Shown: positions 36,101 to 47,315, numbered from the whole stretch's first letter. The stretch: DNA of 63,692 nt, filler included, from Nemertoderma westbladi (GCA_032718475.1; 4 parts of 4 records of this genome joined end to end with filler, not necessarily neighbours in it), one strand, 5' to 3'. Notes: a model not told the origin generated them from the letters alone. Made by a program: numbers and translations.

Positions 36101-39100
36101 AACACAACATTTATAGTAGAGTCAATAGTGGATTTAGATAATGCTGTCTGGGCTGGAATAGCAATACTGGTTGCCCCTATTACAGTTCCTCTCTTGTTAG
36201 TCTACAACTACAACTCCCAGCCAGCTAGCTCCACACCAGCAGAGACTTGACCAAATCATTCCCAGCAACTGGCTCCCTTACACACACATCCTTCCATCTA
36301 TGTACCAGCATGTTGGCCAATAAATGAGCAGTATTTAATGAGAATCAATTTTTTATGCCGTATTAATTACTTTAGATCAATTAAAGACACATTTATTAAA
36401 GCAAATCACTTGAACTAATTAAAAACTATAATAGAATGGTGTATGTGGATTACATCTGTATAATTTTTAAGTATAATTATTTAAATCTTTTACTGTAAAA
36501 CAATTAATTTCCTTTAAAAGGCAGGTTGAAAATGGTGTTTTCACCGTAATCAACTTAATTAACTAATTAACTGCTATTATCTTAGCTTCTCGAAGGCCAC
36601 ACGGAAATTCTACTTGGAAATTTTCTAAACTTTTGCCAAACAACATGTGTACCAAGTTTGGATAGATTTCATCAAAGATTGGCCGAGTTATTAACGTTTA
36701 AAATTGAACACGACAGAACGACAGAACGACAGAACGACAGAACGACAGGTTGATTAATGGTACCACTACGCTAAGGCTCACTCACTTCGTGGCTCGCCCC
36801 ACATTCCTGGGAGACTTTAATGCAAGTCTGCATCAATCACCTACATCGCCCTGGGTCTATAGCAATAGTGTTAACCGAAATTCTGTCCATCTTCAGGATT
36901 TTATCTCTGGAAATGGATTGTTTTCGGCTGGAACCCAGTTCAAGAAGCGAACTGGAAAGCTATGCTATGGACTCATAGTGGACCCAGTGGTCACAAGTCC
37001 CAGATAGACCATATTCTGCTTCGTAGGAAATACAGGAGCTCTATACAAGACTGTAATGCATTTACACTTCGACCCTTCTCCAGTGATCACCGCCTTATTG
37101 TGGCCAAGGTAAGACTTAGTCTGCGTGCTAGCATAACAACGAAATCTGCCTTGCCGCGGCATGAAAGAGTCCCGACTCAAACAGACTACAGCGGCCAAGA
37201 ATGCAGTTAAGGCTGCATCTAGGTCCCTGAACAGGCAGTACTCTGTTAATCTACAGGAGCTAATAAACCAACAGGTTGATGCCATCAATGATGCTGACGA
37301 CAACAGGCAATCATCCCAGGCATGGAAATCGATCAATTTGCTTACTGGGCGGAAAAGCCAACCAACCACCAAGGTTAATGCTGAATCACCAGCCGATCGC
37401 CTCAATGGTTGGAAAGCCCACTTTGAAAAGCTCCTCAATAATGACAGGGTATTGCCTGATAACTTTATAGAAGTAAAAGTGTCTGAGTCTGTACTCCCAG
37501 ATATTCCCATTGGCGATATCTCCTTTGCAGAAGTGAAGGCTGCTGCAAAGAGCATTAAGACCAATCGTGCCAGTGGAGTAGATGTTGTTCCCCCTGAGGT
37601 CTTTAAAATACCTGAGTGTTTAAAGCTCATCTATCCCATCATAGTAGACATGCACCGAACAACAAGAGTCCCACAAGAAATGAAAACAAATAAGTTGGTG
37701 CCAGTTCCCAAGAAGGGCAACCTAACACTCTATGGTTCTTTTCGGGGAATCTCATTGATCTCGATTGCTGCAAAGCTATACAATAGGATTCTATTAAATC
37801 GCATCAGGGATCCCATTGAGAGACTGCTCCGTGGAAATCAAACTTGGTCCCGTAAAGGTCGTGGGACCATGGAGCCCATTTTGGCACTTAGAAGGATAAT
37901 TGAAGAATTATCAAAAAAGAAAGACAGGCATCTGGCTGTTATCTTTGTTGACTTCTTCAAGGCCTTTGATTCAGTCTCTCGCTCACGTATGTTCAGCATA
38001 CTTTCATTATATGGGATTCCTGATGAAATTATTGCAGCAATCAGATCAGTATACGATGGTTCGAAAACATTTGTGTCTACTTTTGACGGTGACACAGAAC
38101 CATTTGAAGTGTTATGGGGCGTCCTCCAAGGAGACACACTTGCACCATTCTTGTTCATTATTGTGGTTGACTATGTTCTACGCATGTCCTTAGATCATCA
38201 TAATGATGATGGGGTGATGATAACTCCACCTACTGGCTCCAGAAGTCGAGGAAATCCTGCCAAGTACCTAATTGATCTAGACTTTGCTGATGACTTAGGA
38301 GTACTCTCAGAAACATTAGAGGGAGCCCAACGGCTCCTCAGCTCATTAGAACATGCTGCTTCTAGTGTTTGTCTTTTTATTAACTCCAGAAAGACCAAAA
38401 TTTTGACAGTTAACTTTGAAAGTCCTCAGCAAGTCTCTGATCGGATGAGCATAAGCTCAAAGGATTGTATGCTTGAGCATGTGGACGACTTCTGTTACCT
38501 GGGATCATGGATCCGGAAGTCAGGTGAGGACCTTCAAATACGTAAGGGAAAGGCATGGGCAGCCTTGAATAGGCTTTCCAGGATTTGGAAGTCACTGAGA
38601 ATTAATCGGAAACTTAAGGTCCGATTATTTAGAGCAGCAGTAGTTCCAGTACTCCTCTACGGGAGTCCATGCTGGGCTCTAACTGCTGAGGACACCAAAT
38701 CTCTGGATGGCACATTCACAAGAATGCTACGCCGGGTTCATTGTGTCAAGTACAATGCACACATCTCCAACCAGACATTATATTACATTGGAGATGTCTC
38801 ATTGGTTCCCCCAAGCTTGACACTAGAACAAAATCGCCTCCGCTTTGCAGGACATTGCTTTCGCCGTGAGGACCAGCCAGTGCATAATCTTGTACTTTGG
38901 CAGCCCCATGGAGTGAATAAGCATGATGGACAGCCCATGACTTTCTTGAGACGCATCTTAAAGGACACTGGCCTTGAAGATACGGATGATCTAGCAAATG
39001 TCATGGGTGATAGGGAGTTGTGGCGGTGCAATTTTGTTGACAAGCCGGCACAGCATTCTTAAAAATGCAGCTGCAATGCAGCATGCCGATCCTAGTAGTA

Positions 39101-40750
39101 TGTAAACCCTGATGTCTTCTGGTGGAATTTAGGAGTTCAGGCAACGGCGTTGACATTGTGTTTCAGAAAATCCTGTAATTCCAATTCCTTCTCCACCAAT
39201 TGATGCAATGTTGGCCGAATTTCTTTCTGCTAAGATTGTTCTTGTCATTGTTGTTAAATGGTCCATCCATTTCCACTGTCAATGTATTTCATGGCAGTGT
39301 CTTTATGACAAATCCGATAATCTTGGATACAGATGATGTCGATGTTATATTCCATTACCAGAGCAACCATGTTACCCTGTTTGCTATGTAACTTTAGAGT
39401 GAAAACGTTCATTGTTGTAATCTTTAGTGTCTTCATACATTTTAACTGGTTGATTGCTCTTTCTTCTCTGTCTTCTGTTTCGTCAGTCGATTAATCGACC
39501 CCAGCTTGATTTACCAATGTGAGAGGCGGTCCTTGTTTACCCAGGCGACGATCGAGCATGCATTTCTCGCGTCTTATATTGTCTTTGCTATTTTACTGCT
39601 CTATCGACTGGTCTTTCTTAAATATTTACATACCTGTAAATTGAGCAGCGCCACCCCGTGTTCACGTTTGGCACTCTCTTGCTCCCGCCGTAACTGCTGT
39701 AACTCCAGTTCTTTCTCGTCTACTTGATATATAATTTGTTCAAGTTGATGTGCAGGGGATGCCTTGCCTGCAGATTCTCTCATATGCTTCAAATAAAAAT
39801 AAAATACAATCACATAACAATAAAGTATCAACTATATTTCATTGAATTAAAGCAGAACGATAATTCACTCTGGCTCGAGCGGAAATATTTAAACTAATCT
39901 GCGAAAACTAGGGAGTAAAATAGTGAATCAGACCCTCAAATGTATTTTCAAGTTACATTATAAATACCGATATATGGTCGCTTTCATATCAAACCAACCA
40001 AATCGCTAAATGTGTCCTGTAACTAGTTGTTTATTGGTTCGCTTTAAGTATGTTGGCATTGTTATTCGATGCGGAATAGATTTTAAGGTCATCTATAAAG
40101 TACTGAAACTTACTCTAAGCAGCGACTCCAAGCGGTCAACTTTGGAACTCAATGACGTTCTCTCAAGGTAGATGGCATCCCGGTCATCCTGAAGCTCCTT
40201 CAATTGTTGTTTGATTGAAATATTGCAATCGTCAGAAAGCTGAAAATTTCAAATAATTTAATCAGTGAAAAAAGTGAATGTGAACAAAGTGAAGAAAGAA
40301 CAAAACAGAAGACAACACCATTGGAAAACCGAAGGTAATGCTGTGAGTGTCAGTGTTCCGGTTGTTTTTGGTTATCTAATCTGTAATGCATCATTGTGAC
40401 GCCCTTAAGTCGGCTTGCCACTACCTTAAACAACTTAAATAAAAACGAGTTGGCATATAAAATGAAAAATAAATTAAACAAACGTGTACATTTACCTCCG
40501 GTTGCCTGGCACCCACTTGCAGACTCTGACTCCTCGGCCTTGTGAACATTGACCCGCCGCTCAAGGGTTCTGCGTTATTATTCCCAGACACTGACCCCCT
40601 TTTCAGCCCCCGAAGAGGCCTCAGGTTGAGGTCACCTAATGTGGCTATGTGCTTAGCTATCCATTCGTCCATGTTGTTAGTTATAAAAGGAAAAGGGTCA
40701 GGTAATATCCGTGACAATAATGTCTTATTAAACGCGCCGGCAATGACCAT
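24059..40750 (-). CDS. RIMBP2: RIMS-binding protein (RIMBP2-like), 11 coding exons, 3'-truncated at the assembly gap
   Basis: GT-AG exons with consistent phases: 40750-40496, 40239-40114, 39786-39634, 31709-31560, 30890-30776, 29596-29370, 27437-27284, 26939-26607, 26044-25871, 25501-25330, 24171-24059. They encode a coiled coil, an SH3 ([59 protein letters not shown]) and an FN3 ([16 protein letters not shown]...[21 protein letters not shown]...QCTLNIGR). Start may be 40750 or MDEW at 40672. Confidence 0.88.
24476..25130 (+). mobile_element. HINE-like dispersed repeat, same end motifs as 34051-36800
   Basis: Left GCGGGGTCTTCGCGCA; right CGCTAAGGCTCACTTACGTGGCTCGCCCC. Confidence 0.55.
24911..24995 (+). 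mobile_element. tRNA-derived SINE head
   Basis: A-box-like TAGCTGAATGG, B-box-like TTCGATCCC; shares the post-tRNA sequence GGACGTCA..CCGACTTTG with the copy near 58900. Confidence 0.6.
25330..25501 (-). CDS. RIMBP2: RIMBP exon 10 (FN3 first half)
   Basis: ttgtag/AT TGT GTT CCT...ACG AG/gtaaat. Confidence 0.85.
25871..26044 (-). CDS. RIMBP2: RIMBP exon 9
   Basis: gcttag/AT GAC CTT...GAA G/gtaagc; phase 1-1. Confidence 0.75.
26607..26939 (-). CDS. RIMBP2: RIMBP exon 8 (Gln-rich linker)
   Basis: ttacag/GC CCT ATT...AAC G/gttagt; phase 1-1. Confidence 0.75.
27284..27437 (-). CDS. RIMBP2: RIMBP exon 7 (SH3 C-terminal half)
   Basis: acccag/GAC GGA TTC TTC GAG GGG...ACT A/gtaaga. Confidence 0.88.
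29370..29596 (-). CDS. RIMBP2: RIMBP exon 6 (SH3 N-terminal half)
   Basis: ttttag/AT TCC CAA...GAT GAG/gtttgt. Confidence 0.88.
30326..30737. mobile_element. MITE with AATT flanks (Sola1-like)
   Basis: TIR GAAGGGCTGAGCATAAAAAGGT flanked by AATT on both sides. Confidence 0.7.
30776..30890 (-). CDS. RIMBP2: RIMBP exon 5
   Basis: atgtag/ACA TCT CCA...AAA G/gtaaat; its phase 0-1 bridges the neighbouring exons. Confidence 0.7.
31560..31709 (-). CDS. RIMBP2: RIMBP exon 4 (coiled coil)
   Basis: ttccag/TCT AAA ATC...ACT CAG/gtagat. Confidence 0.75.
31803..32821 (-). mobile_element. Decayed RTE-like LINE (family B), 3' part
   Basis: (TAG)n tail plus sequence homologous to 44994-45566, with deletions; continues at 39109-39560. 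Confidence 0.7.
33319..34050 (+). pseudogene. LINE-A ORF, N-terminus and first half of the APE endonuclease
   Basis: Frame continues [12 protein letters not shown] at 36801 once the insertion is removed. Confidence 0.8.
34051..36800 (+). mobile_element. 2.75-kb non-coding insertion, Helentron-associated (HINE)-like
   Basis: Splits the LINE ORF precisely; contains three roughly 150-bp tandem units (34310-34740), (GACAGAAC)n near the right end, and end motifs shared with 24476-25130 and 50797-51878. Confidence 0.7.
37161..39062 (+). CDS. LINE-A reverse transcriptase region (open 633-aa segment of a broken ORF)
   Basis: [52 protein letters not shown]. Confidence 0.9.
   Translation: MKESRLKQTTAAKNAVKAASRSLNRQYSVNLQELINQQVDAINDADDNRQSSQAWKSINLLTGRKSQPTTKVNAESPADRLNGWKAHFEKLLNNDRVLPDNFIEVKVSESVLPDIPIGDISFAEVKAAAKSIKTNRASGVDVVPPEVFKIPECLKLIYPIIVDMHRTTRVPQEMKTNKLVPVPKKGNLTLYGSFRGISLISIAAKLYNRILLNRIRDPIERLLRGNQTWSRKGRGTMEPILALRRIIEELSKKKDRHLAVIFVDFFKAFDSVSRSRMFSILSLYGIPDEIIAAIRSVYDGSKTFVSTFDGDTEPFEVLWGVLQGDTLAPFLFIIVVDYVLRMSLDHHNDDGVMITPPTGSRSRGNPAKYLIDLDFADDLGVLSETLEGAQRLLSSLEHAASSVCLFINSRKTKILTVNFESPQQVSDRMSISSKDCMLEHVDDFCYLGSWIRKSGEDLQIRKGKAWAALNRLSRIWKSLRINRKLKVRLFRAAVVPVLLYGSPCWALTAEDTKSLDGTFTRMLRRVHCVKYNAHISNQTLYYIGDVSLVPPSLTLEQNRLRFAGHCFRREDQPVHNLVLWQPHGVNKHDGQPMTFLRRILKDTGLEDTDDLANVMGDRELWRCNFVDKPAQHS
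39109..39560 (-). mobile_element. Decayed LINE (family B), 5' part with endonuclease start
   Basis: [14 protein letters not shown]...[13 protein letters not shown] matches the APE N-terminus. Confidence 0.65.
39634..39786 (-). CDS. RIMBP2: RIMBP exon 3 (coiled coil)
   Basis: ttgaag/CAT ATG AGA...TTA CAG/gtatgt. Confidence 0.75.
40114..40239 (-). CDS. RIMBP2: RIMBP exon 2 (coiled coil)
   Basis: tttcag/CTT TCT GAC...CTT AGA/gtaagt. Confidence 0.75.
40496..40750 (-). CDS. RIMBP2: RIMBP first coding exon
   Basis: ORF ends CCG GAG/gtaaat in phase 0; in-frame stop upstream of ATG 40750. Confidence 0.6.
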
Positions 40751-42688
40751 AGCTCTGGTTATTCGGATGACTCATGTCGCGGACCTACATTGCATCTGGA
40801 AAGTCGCGACACATTAATAGTATCATTAAATATTCAACAAAATGTTTGACCCACTATCCAGGTTTCCATCCTCGTATCACTTCTCGTTATTAATGAACGT
40901 TGTGAAGGATGATAAATTCAATTTACAAACGGGTATTATTAAATAGTAAACAATTAAATTTAAATAAACCGGTAACTTTTTCGATTGGAAATATCTCAAA
41001 TTAGACGATTTATTGGCTAACCGTCTAATAGCTACATCAATATGTATTAAGTGCAGGATACTCTTAAGTAGTGGTACTGCGGTACTGTAGACTAACTTTT
41101 TTTTTATCTGCTATATAGCATACGTATTTTGTCAATTCGGTAAGTAAGAAAGAGGGGGGGGGGGGGGGGGGGACGCAAATCCGATTAAGTGAAAGGAGCA
41201 GGTTACGGACGCATTGCTATTTTAAGCAAAACAATAAACGAAACTCAACAGAACAGGTTACAGTTTTTATTTGCTTAGATTTTCAACTGGTGGATAGGGA
41301 TAAATTAGGATTGGAAGAGTCCCCACCCACCTAATATCAAATACGAAATCTCTTCAACAGAACAGAGGAATAAAAATTATATTCCTATTCCATGTAAATA
41401 TAAAAAATATACGAGCAAAAGTGAGCAATGTTCTCCGAAGTTAATAATTTCTACTTACTTCTACTAGAATAACCATCGATTTCAAAAACTTTAAATACAC
41501 CCCCCCATTCATTAAAACAACTCTAGTTATATTCTATCCGCCTACGGTATTGGACAAGGAGATCATTTTGGCAAATTCCGCAAGGAAGGAGTTCGTGGTA
41601 TAAATAAATAATTTGGCAATAGCAATAGCGAGATATTGGTATAGGTATACAGCAAGTCAGAACCACAGTTAGTAACTGTGAGTTACTTACTAAGCCTGGA
41701 CCTTAACGCTGAGTAGTAGCTAGCTGGTCAGTAAAGTCAGTTGGACCCTGATTTTAAATATATTTCATGTGACTAATTTAACATGTGCCCAACGTTATAG
41801 ACTTCCGATGGCCTTCTATCTCGTTCCATAACTTTACACCTATATATAAATAGCTCGTTCGCTGCGTTTTTGAATTGTAGAAATGTGTCCAAAAGCTGGG
41901 TAATAACACCGGCTATCAGGGCTTGTTTTTGGGGGTTGTTTATGTCGCCTGAAGGGCCTTTATTAATAAGCTAAGAGGTATAAAGTGTCACAAAATGAGT
42001 TCCAAAGGTAGAAGAAGAAATATGGACCACAAAACTAGGAGGTAGAGGTGTACGTCGGTACCCAAGGCTTGTTTCCGTTTCCAATACAAATAAATATTTG
42101 AAAAACATTGCTACTACTTTTTTATTAAAGCGATGCATAAATTGATCTTGAAGACAATCATTATAATGAATTTAAACATTTCAATTTAAAAACCCGTCTT
42201 TAGGAAATATGGATAAAAAATATCAGTATTAGAGTTAATGGCGCAAAATGAGCGAGCTCAAACGGCAAACACCAAGTATATGTTTAGTGGGTTTAAAAAC
42301 AAAATTTAAAAATCAAGTCAAATGAGCAGGTTACAGAGTGGCGGTGTTTTATAACCAAAACAATAAACAAAACTGTATTTCATATCCGAACAATTTCCGC
42401 TCGAGATCACTTTTTTCACTTGCGGTTAATGTGCCCCACTATTACTGTAGCACTATTAATAATAGACATTCGCAAAAAAATTATAATAAGGACCACTCTA
42501 CTGCACCGCACCGATAAAATGATTTGGGGCTGCTTTTGTTTCTGCAGCTACAGAGGGCAGGTTCACCTGATAATCACGATCTTGTCACGTATATAAAGTG
42601 ATCGCTAACCTTTGATCTCCCATTGATAACCACAGAAGGTACTCGTCTAAAACTCCTCGATTAGATACTGTTATGCTTCTAATATATC

Positions 42689-42788
42689 NNNNNNNNNNNN
42701 NNNNNNNNNNNNNNNNNNNNNNNNNNNNNNNNTTAATTAATTAANNNNNNNNNNNNNNNNNNNNNNNNNNNNNNNNNNNNNNNNNNNN
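42689..42788. other. Assembly spacer (44N-TTAATTAATTAA-44N)
   Basis: Same construct as 23528-23627. Confidence 0.97.
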
Positions 42789-43235
42789 GCGCGGCTTATT
42801 CTTTAAGAGGGGATTGTCCTTACAGCATATGGCTGCCCCAACTTACTAACTGGCACTTTATCAGACTTACTCTACACACGCAGCAATTCCCTCAGACCCA
42901 ACAACAGCCAGACAACAATCCAGCCTACAAAATATCTGAATAATCTTACGGTATCTGAACAGACTATACAAAACAATACAGGATAAACGCTGATGGACTA
43001 CTATCAAGCCTAAATAACCACAGTATATGCAGATTCCGAAACTTGTTAGTTAGTATGCGTGCTAATACGGTAGCGCGGCTTATTCTTTAAAGGGGGTTGG
43101 CCTTACAACTACGAGTTGCCCCAACTTACTAACTGGCACTTTATCAGACCTACTCTACACAAGCTGTAATCTTCAAGCCTAACAACAGTCAGACAACAGT
43201 CCAGCCTACAATGATCTGAACAATCTGAGCAGACT
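42789..43235. repeat. Direct repeat, unit about 284 bp (about 1.6 copies visible, cut by the gap)
   Basis: GCGCGGCTTATTCTTTAA...CCAACTTACTAACTGGCACTTTATCAGAC at 42789 and 43073. Confidence 0.75.
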
Positions 43236-44993
43236 TACACGTCTTCTGCCCAATATTAACTTACACGTAAATAAAATCGACAGAAATAAGTAAACTGTAC
43301 AGAAGAATGAGGGGTGATCAATCCCTAATCCCCTAGCAGCCTACAATATAGGCTACACTATATCACAATCGAAATAATACTAATGTACTTATACAGCAGT
43401 ACCGGTTATGACAGTTGGGCCTACGGACCTACGGTAGTAGTACCGGTTATGACAGTTGGGCCTACTGACCTACTGGAGTGCCGGTATTTTTCAATCTTAT
43501 TGCTTACCGCAAATAAGATCGATAGCTATTATTGTACGCGCTTTTATAGACCTTCAGCAGTTTAACCTGCCGAAATTTATATGTCTTTATTGATAATCTG
43601 CCTTTTGTAAGATGATAAGATTTAATACAAAACAAACCAAAAACATTAGCCGAAGCCAGTCCATGCGCGTCCAAATGACCCGTTTATAACACCGGGAGAC
43701 TGGATTCGTGGGCTTAAATTTATTTGCGGTCAAGCCTACTGTATTATTCGATTGATTACTAATATATAATCTCTGACAAATATTATTCACTTTCGGGAAA
43801 TATTAGCAGTTCCTTTTAGGACGTGGCGCTCTACCTATGTAAACAGAGTTATGACTGATACTACACACAACGATATGGCTTAAATTTCAAGCATAGGGCG
43901 CATTCTTTAGGAATGCTTTATTATCAGATCCAATCACTTTACAATCACGCACGCTACCGGTAACGCACAACACTGCTCACTGATATGCCGACAGTTACTG
44001 ACTTTGATCAGGTATAAAGAGATATGCACTGGACTCAGGTAGTGTCTGTCAAACAACATTAGATTCACTACAAACACAATAATAAAGTCGCAATTGTTGT
44101 ACATAACCTTTCTCTCTAACCTGTAGTGTATCAAAGATATTGGGAAAATGTGGGTTGATTATTGATATTCTTCAACTAATAACATCCAATTATACTGATA
44201 CAAAATTACAAACAGTAAAAGCAGTATGACGGTAGGTTAAGATATAATTAGATTGCATTGAATCGTTAAGTTATAAATTGGAATCGTGTCGAATCGAATC
44301 GGATCGAATCGGATCAAATCGGATCAAATCGATAATAGCTATGCTTTCTATAATTTAGCCTACTAATGTTCTTATAAAAAGGCAGAAACATTGCGTCATT
44401 CCAGCCGATCTTCAGGCAGTATGGAACGACATAAACACTGAGTTTGGGAGCTGCTGTAGGTATCTCTTCAAGGAAAACGCAAATCACCCTGATTGGTTGT
44501 TAGACCAAAACAAAGGAACCAGGAGTCCAATGAGAGCTCCCTCCACGTCATCATCCAGCTGGGAGATGTCGTAATCAGAATCCTTCCCTTGACATAGTGA
44601 CAGTGAAATGCCGCATTGCGGGTTGTGTACCCTGCTACGTCCGCATAAAGCACACATTCAGAAGAATCTATTTTATGTCCGTTAAAAACACTTATACAGC
44701 ACCCCGAGGGCTAGGGGATCCAATTATATCTGTAAACGCTTTTACAGCAGGTTTCAGAGTATTTCAGCGTATGGGGGAAAAACTGGATCGCGGGGCGAAG
44801 GACCAGTTGCATCCCACAGAAGCTTTTACAATATATATTCTAAAAGCCCTTAGCGTGCTGATTTCAAATTTCATAGTGGTTCATTTTTTCTACCAATAGT
44901 AAAAAAGTTATGGACGAAAAACGAATGTCTCGTCGGTAACGCTTTATCTCATATAAATTTCCTTGTTTAAACATGCGTTATGTCTCATTTGTA

Positions 44994-45579
44994 CTACTAC
45001 TACTACTACTAGGTCGAGCGAACTCGGACAGTGGAAATGAGATCCTTCCAGGCTTCCCGATTCTCCATAGTTGTCGCAATTTCGTTTCTCCCAAGTTCAG
45101 TATCCCTTTCAAGTTGATCTATATATGTTATGGCCGGTCGTCCACGACTACGCTTTCCATGAGTTGGTTGCCAAAGAAGTAGATCGGGTATGACCTCGTC
45201 TTTACTTCGCCAGCAGTGCCCACTGAATCTTAATCTGCGTTCACGGAGGGTGGTTGATACAGGTGGTATTGTACCATAAAGCTCGGCGTTTGTCATGTGT
45301 TGTCTCCAGCTGATGTTTAGGGCTGCCCTTAGTAGTCTTGTGTAGCAACCATCAATTCGTTGTTCAAGTGATTTAGTCAGTGTCCAGGTCTCACCCCCGT
45401 ATAAAAATACACTTTCCACTGTGGCTCGAAAGAACTTAGTCTTCAGGTGCCTGGAGAGATCTGATTTCCAGATGGTATCCATTTTTGATAGAGCTACCCA
45501 AGCCTTTGCTTTCCTAACTTCTATGTCCTTTTTGCTACTCTCTATCCATGATCCAAGGTACTGGATCATGGATCACGTA
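44994..45579 (-). mobile_element. 5'-truncated RTE-like LINE (family B)
   Basis: ORF YLGSWI...RRLRFSGHCWR...RGRP; (TAG)n tail; 11-bp TSD TCTCATTTGTA (44983-93 and 45580-90). Confidence 0.88.
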
Positions 45580-46469
45580 TCTCATTTGTAACGACAGTTT
45601 ATTTGCGTTACATCTTTCTGTGGATGCTTTACAAGTGAGACAGCGTTACAATGGGTACTGTTATGTAACATACCGTTACATGCAGGACAACTGTGAACAT
45701 GCTTATGTGAAACATGCTTACATGGAAGTGTATCCCAGTAACGACTAGTACTGGATTGTAGATCATGAAATAAGCTTTAAGCTGATATATAGTTTACTGG
45801 AAGTATATCTTACTGACATTTGGTTATGATCGTTTGTATCTCAAAAACTTAGCCACGGACATCGCATCATATGTCCATTTCGTGGTTGTAATCCAAGGAA
45901 AATATATGTCAAATTGCTTAAAACCAATGCCACAAAATGTGCAAAAATTCGCTCTATAGGAATATATATAGGTTTTTATGGTTTGGGTTATTTTCTGCTG
46001 AGTTATGGCTCATGGAATGGCGAAATTACGTCTGACACAATTTTGGCCACTTTTGCGGTGTACCAGGTAGGATAGGTAGAAAATATATACAATAATTTAT
46101 AACAATGTATATCAATAAGATAGTGACGCTTGAATTAAATTTATGTAATATATTAAATACCATTTTTAATAAGATAAAATATTTGTGGGGTGTGGTTAAA
46201 AAACTTACACCTGTAATGCAGACCACTAAAGTTAGACATACGCCCAGTAGTAATTCTATTTTATTGCACAATTGTACATCGACTGACAAAAGTGACAAAA
46301 ATACAATAATATCTTTTATAAAAATGAATGTAATTAATTAAGTCATTTAGAGGTGGTTATTATATTGTATGACTCTACTGTCATCCCCCAATATATTAAT
46401 ACTGGGCTTTGGATTCGCCTATCGCTCTCATTAGATCTATAACAGCGTTGAACACCCTTCCTCCTTCAC

Positions 46470-47315
46470 AATGATTGCCCCCCCCCCCTGGCCTGCCAAA
46501 ACTGCCAGACATGTACCTTAGTGTAATATATCATTCGAAAGATAATTTAATTATGAGCTTGCATGCAAAAATTTAGGGTCCATTACAAAAGTATAAAAAT
46601 TTGAAAGGTTATTCTTTAAACCTATCTTATTTTTCGTTATTTTTTATTACTTATTACTTGTTATTTTCGTTACTTGTCATTTTAATTACTTATGTTTGGC
46701 CTAATTCGGTGAAATTACCAAGAAACACTAATACCGGTAACTGAATACTTTAATATATTGCAATACAGCAAAAGTCAGGCGGTAATAACTGTTTAAACTG
46801 GGTTGCAAGTCTGATGACTAAGGCCGCGTTCACACTACTGAGTCAAAGTAAAGTCAAAGTCAAAATAAAATAAATATAGTTAGCTAGCAATAATAAATAA
46901 TAATACATTATATAGGCCTAATATAATACATTTAAGGGGATTCTAGAAAAAATTAAATTTTATGTTTTGTGATTTACATTTTGTCTTTGACTCGGTAGTG
47001 TGAACGCGGCCTAACGCTGGATAAATTATATTTTTTTTAAATTGTGATTAAATCACAAATATTGAAAAATAAGATAGGTTCAAAGAATTTCCTATACAAT
47101 TTTTATACTTTCGTATTGGACCCTAAACTTTTGCATGCTAGCTCAGAATTAAATTATCTTTCGAATAATATATTATACTAAAGTACATTTCGTGTACTGA
47201 CTGCCGTTTGGTTAATAACTTTAAACTAAAAGTACTGTACATGTCTGACCGTTTTGGCTGGCCAGGGGGTGGGGGGGGGGGGGGGGGGGGGGGGGCAATC
47301 ATTATAGAACACCCG
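46470..47315. mobile_element. Long-TIR (Tc1/mariner-like) MITE
   Basis: ATGATTGCCCCC...CCAAAA..CAGACATGTAC and further blocks are mirrored at 47070-47302; right end GAACACCCGG/TA. Confidence 0.6.
46822..47011. mobile_element. PIF/Harbinger (Tourist-like) MITE nested in the preceding element
   Basis: TIR GGCCGCGTTCACACTAC(T/C)GAGTCAAAG, TSD TAA. Confidence 0.85.

Larger units (their letters stand above)
32832..39098 (+). mobile_element. Full-length RTE-like LINE (family A), interrupted and frameshifted
   Basis: 10-bp TSD TATGTAAACC (32822-31 and 39099-108); APE endonuclease motifs ([35 protein letters not shown]); RT; (TAG)n tail. Confidence 0.9.

Noticed and set aside
36965-37630. 221-aa antisense ORF and other shadow ORFs over LINE, SLC35B1, LCLAT1 and PABP coding regions
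   Set aside because: No recognisable motifs; expected antisense or off-frame shadows of real ORFs
37161-39062. Bacterial retron, group II intron or DGR reverse transcriptase
   Set aside because: An upstream APE endonuclease, TSD and (TAG)n tail identify a non-LTR retrotransposon
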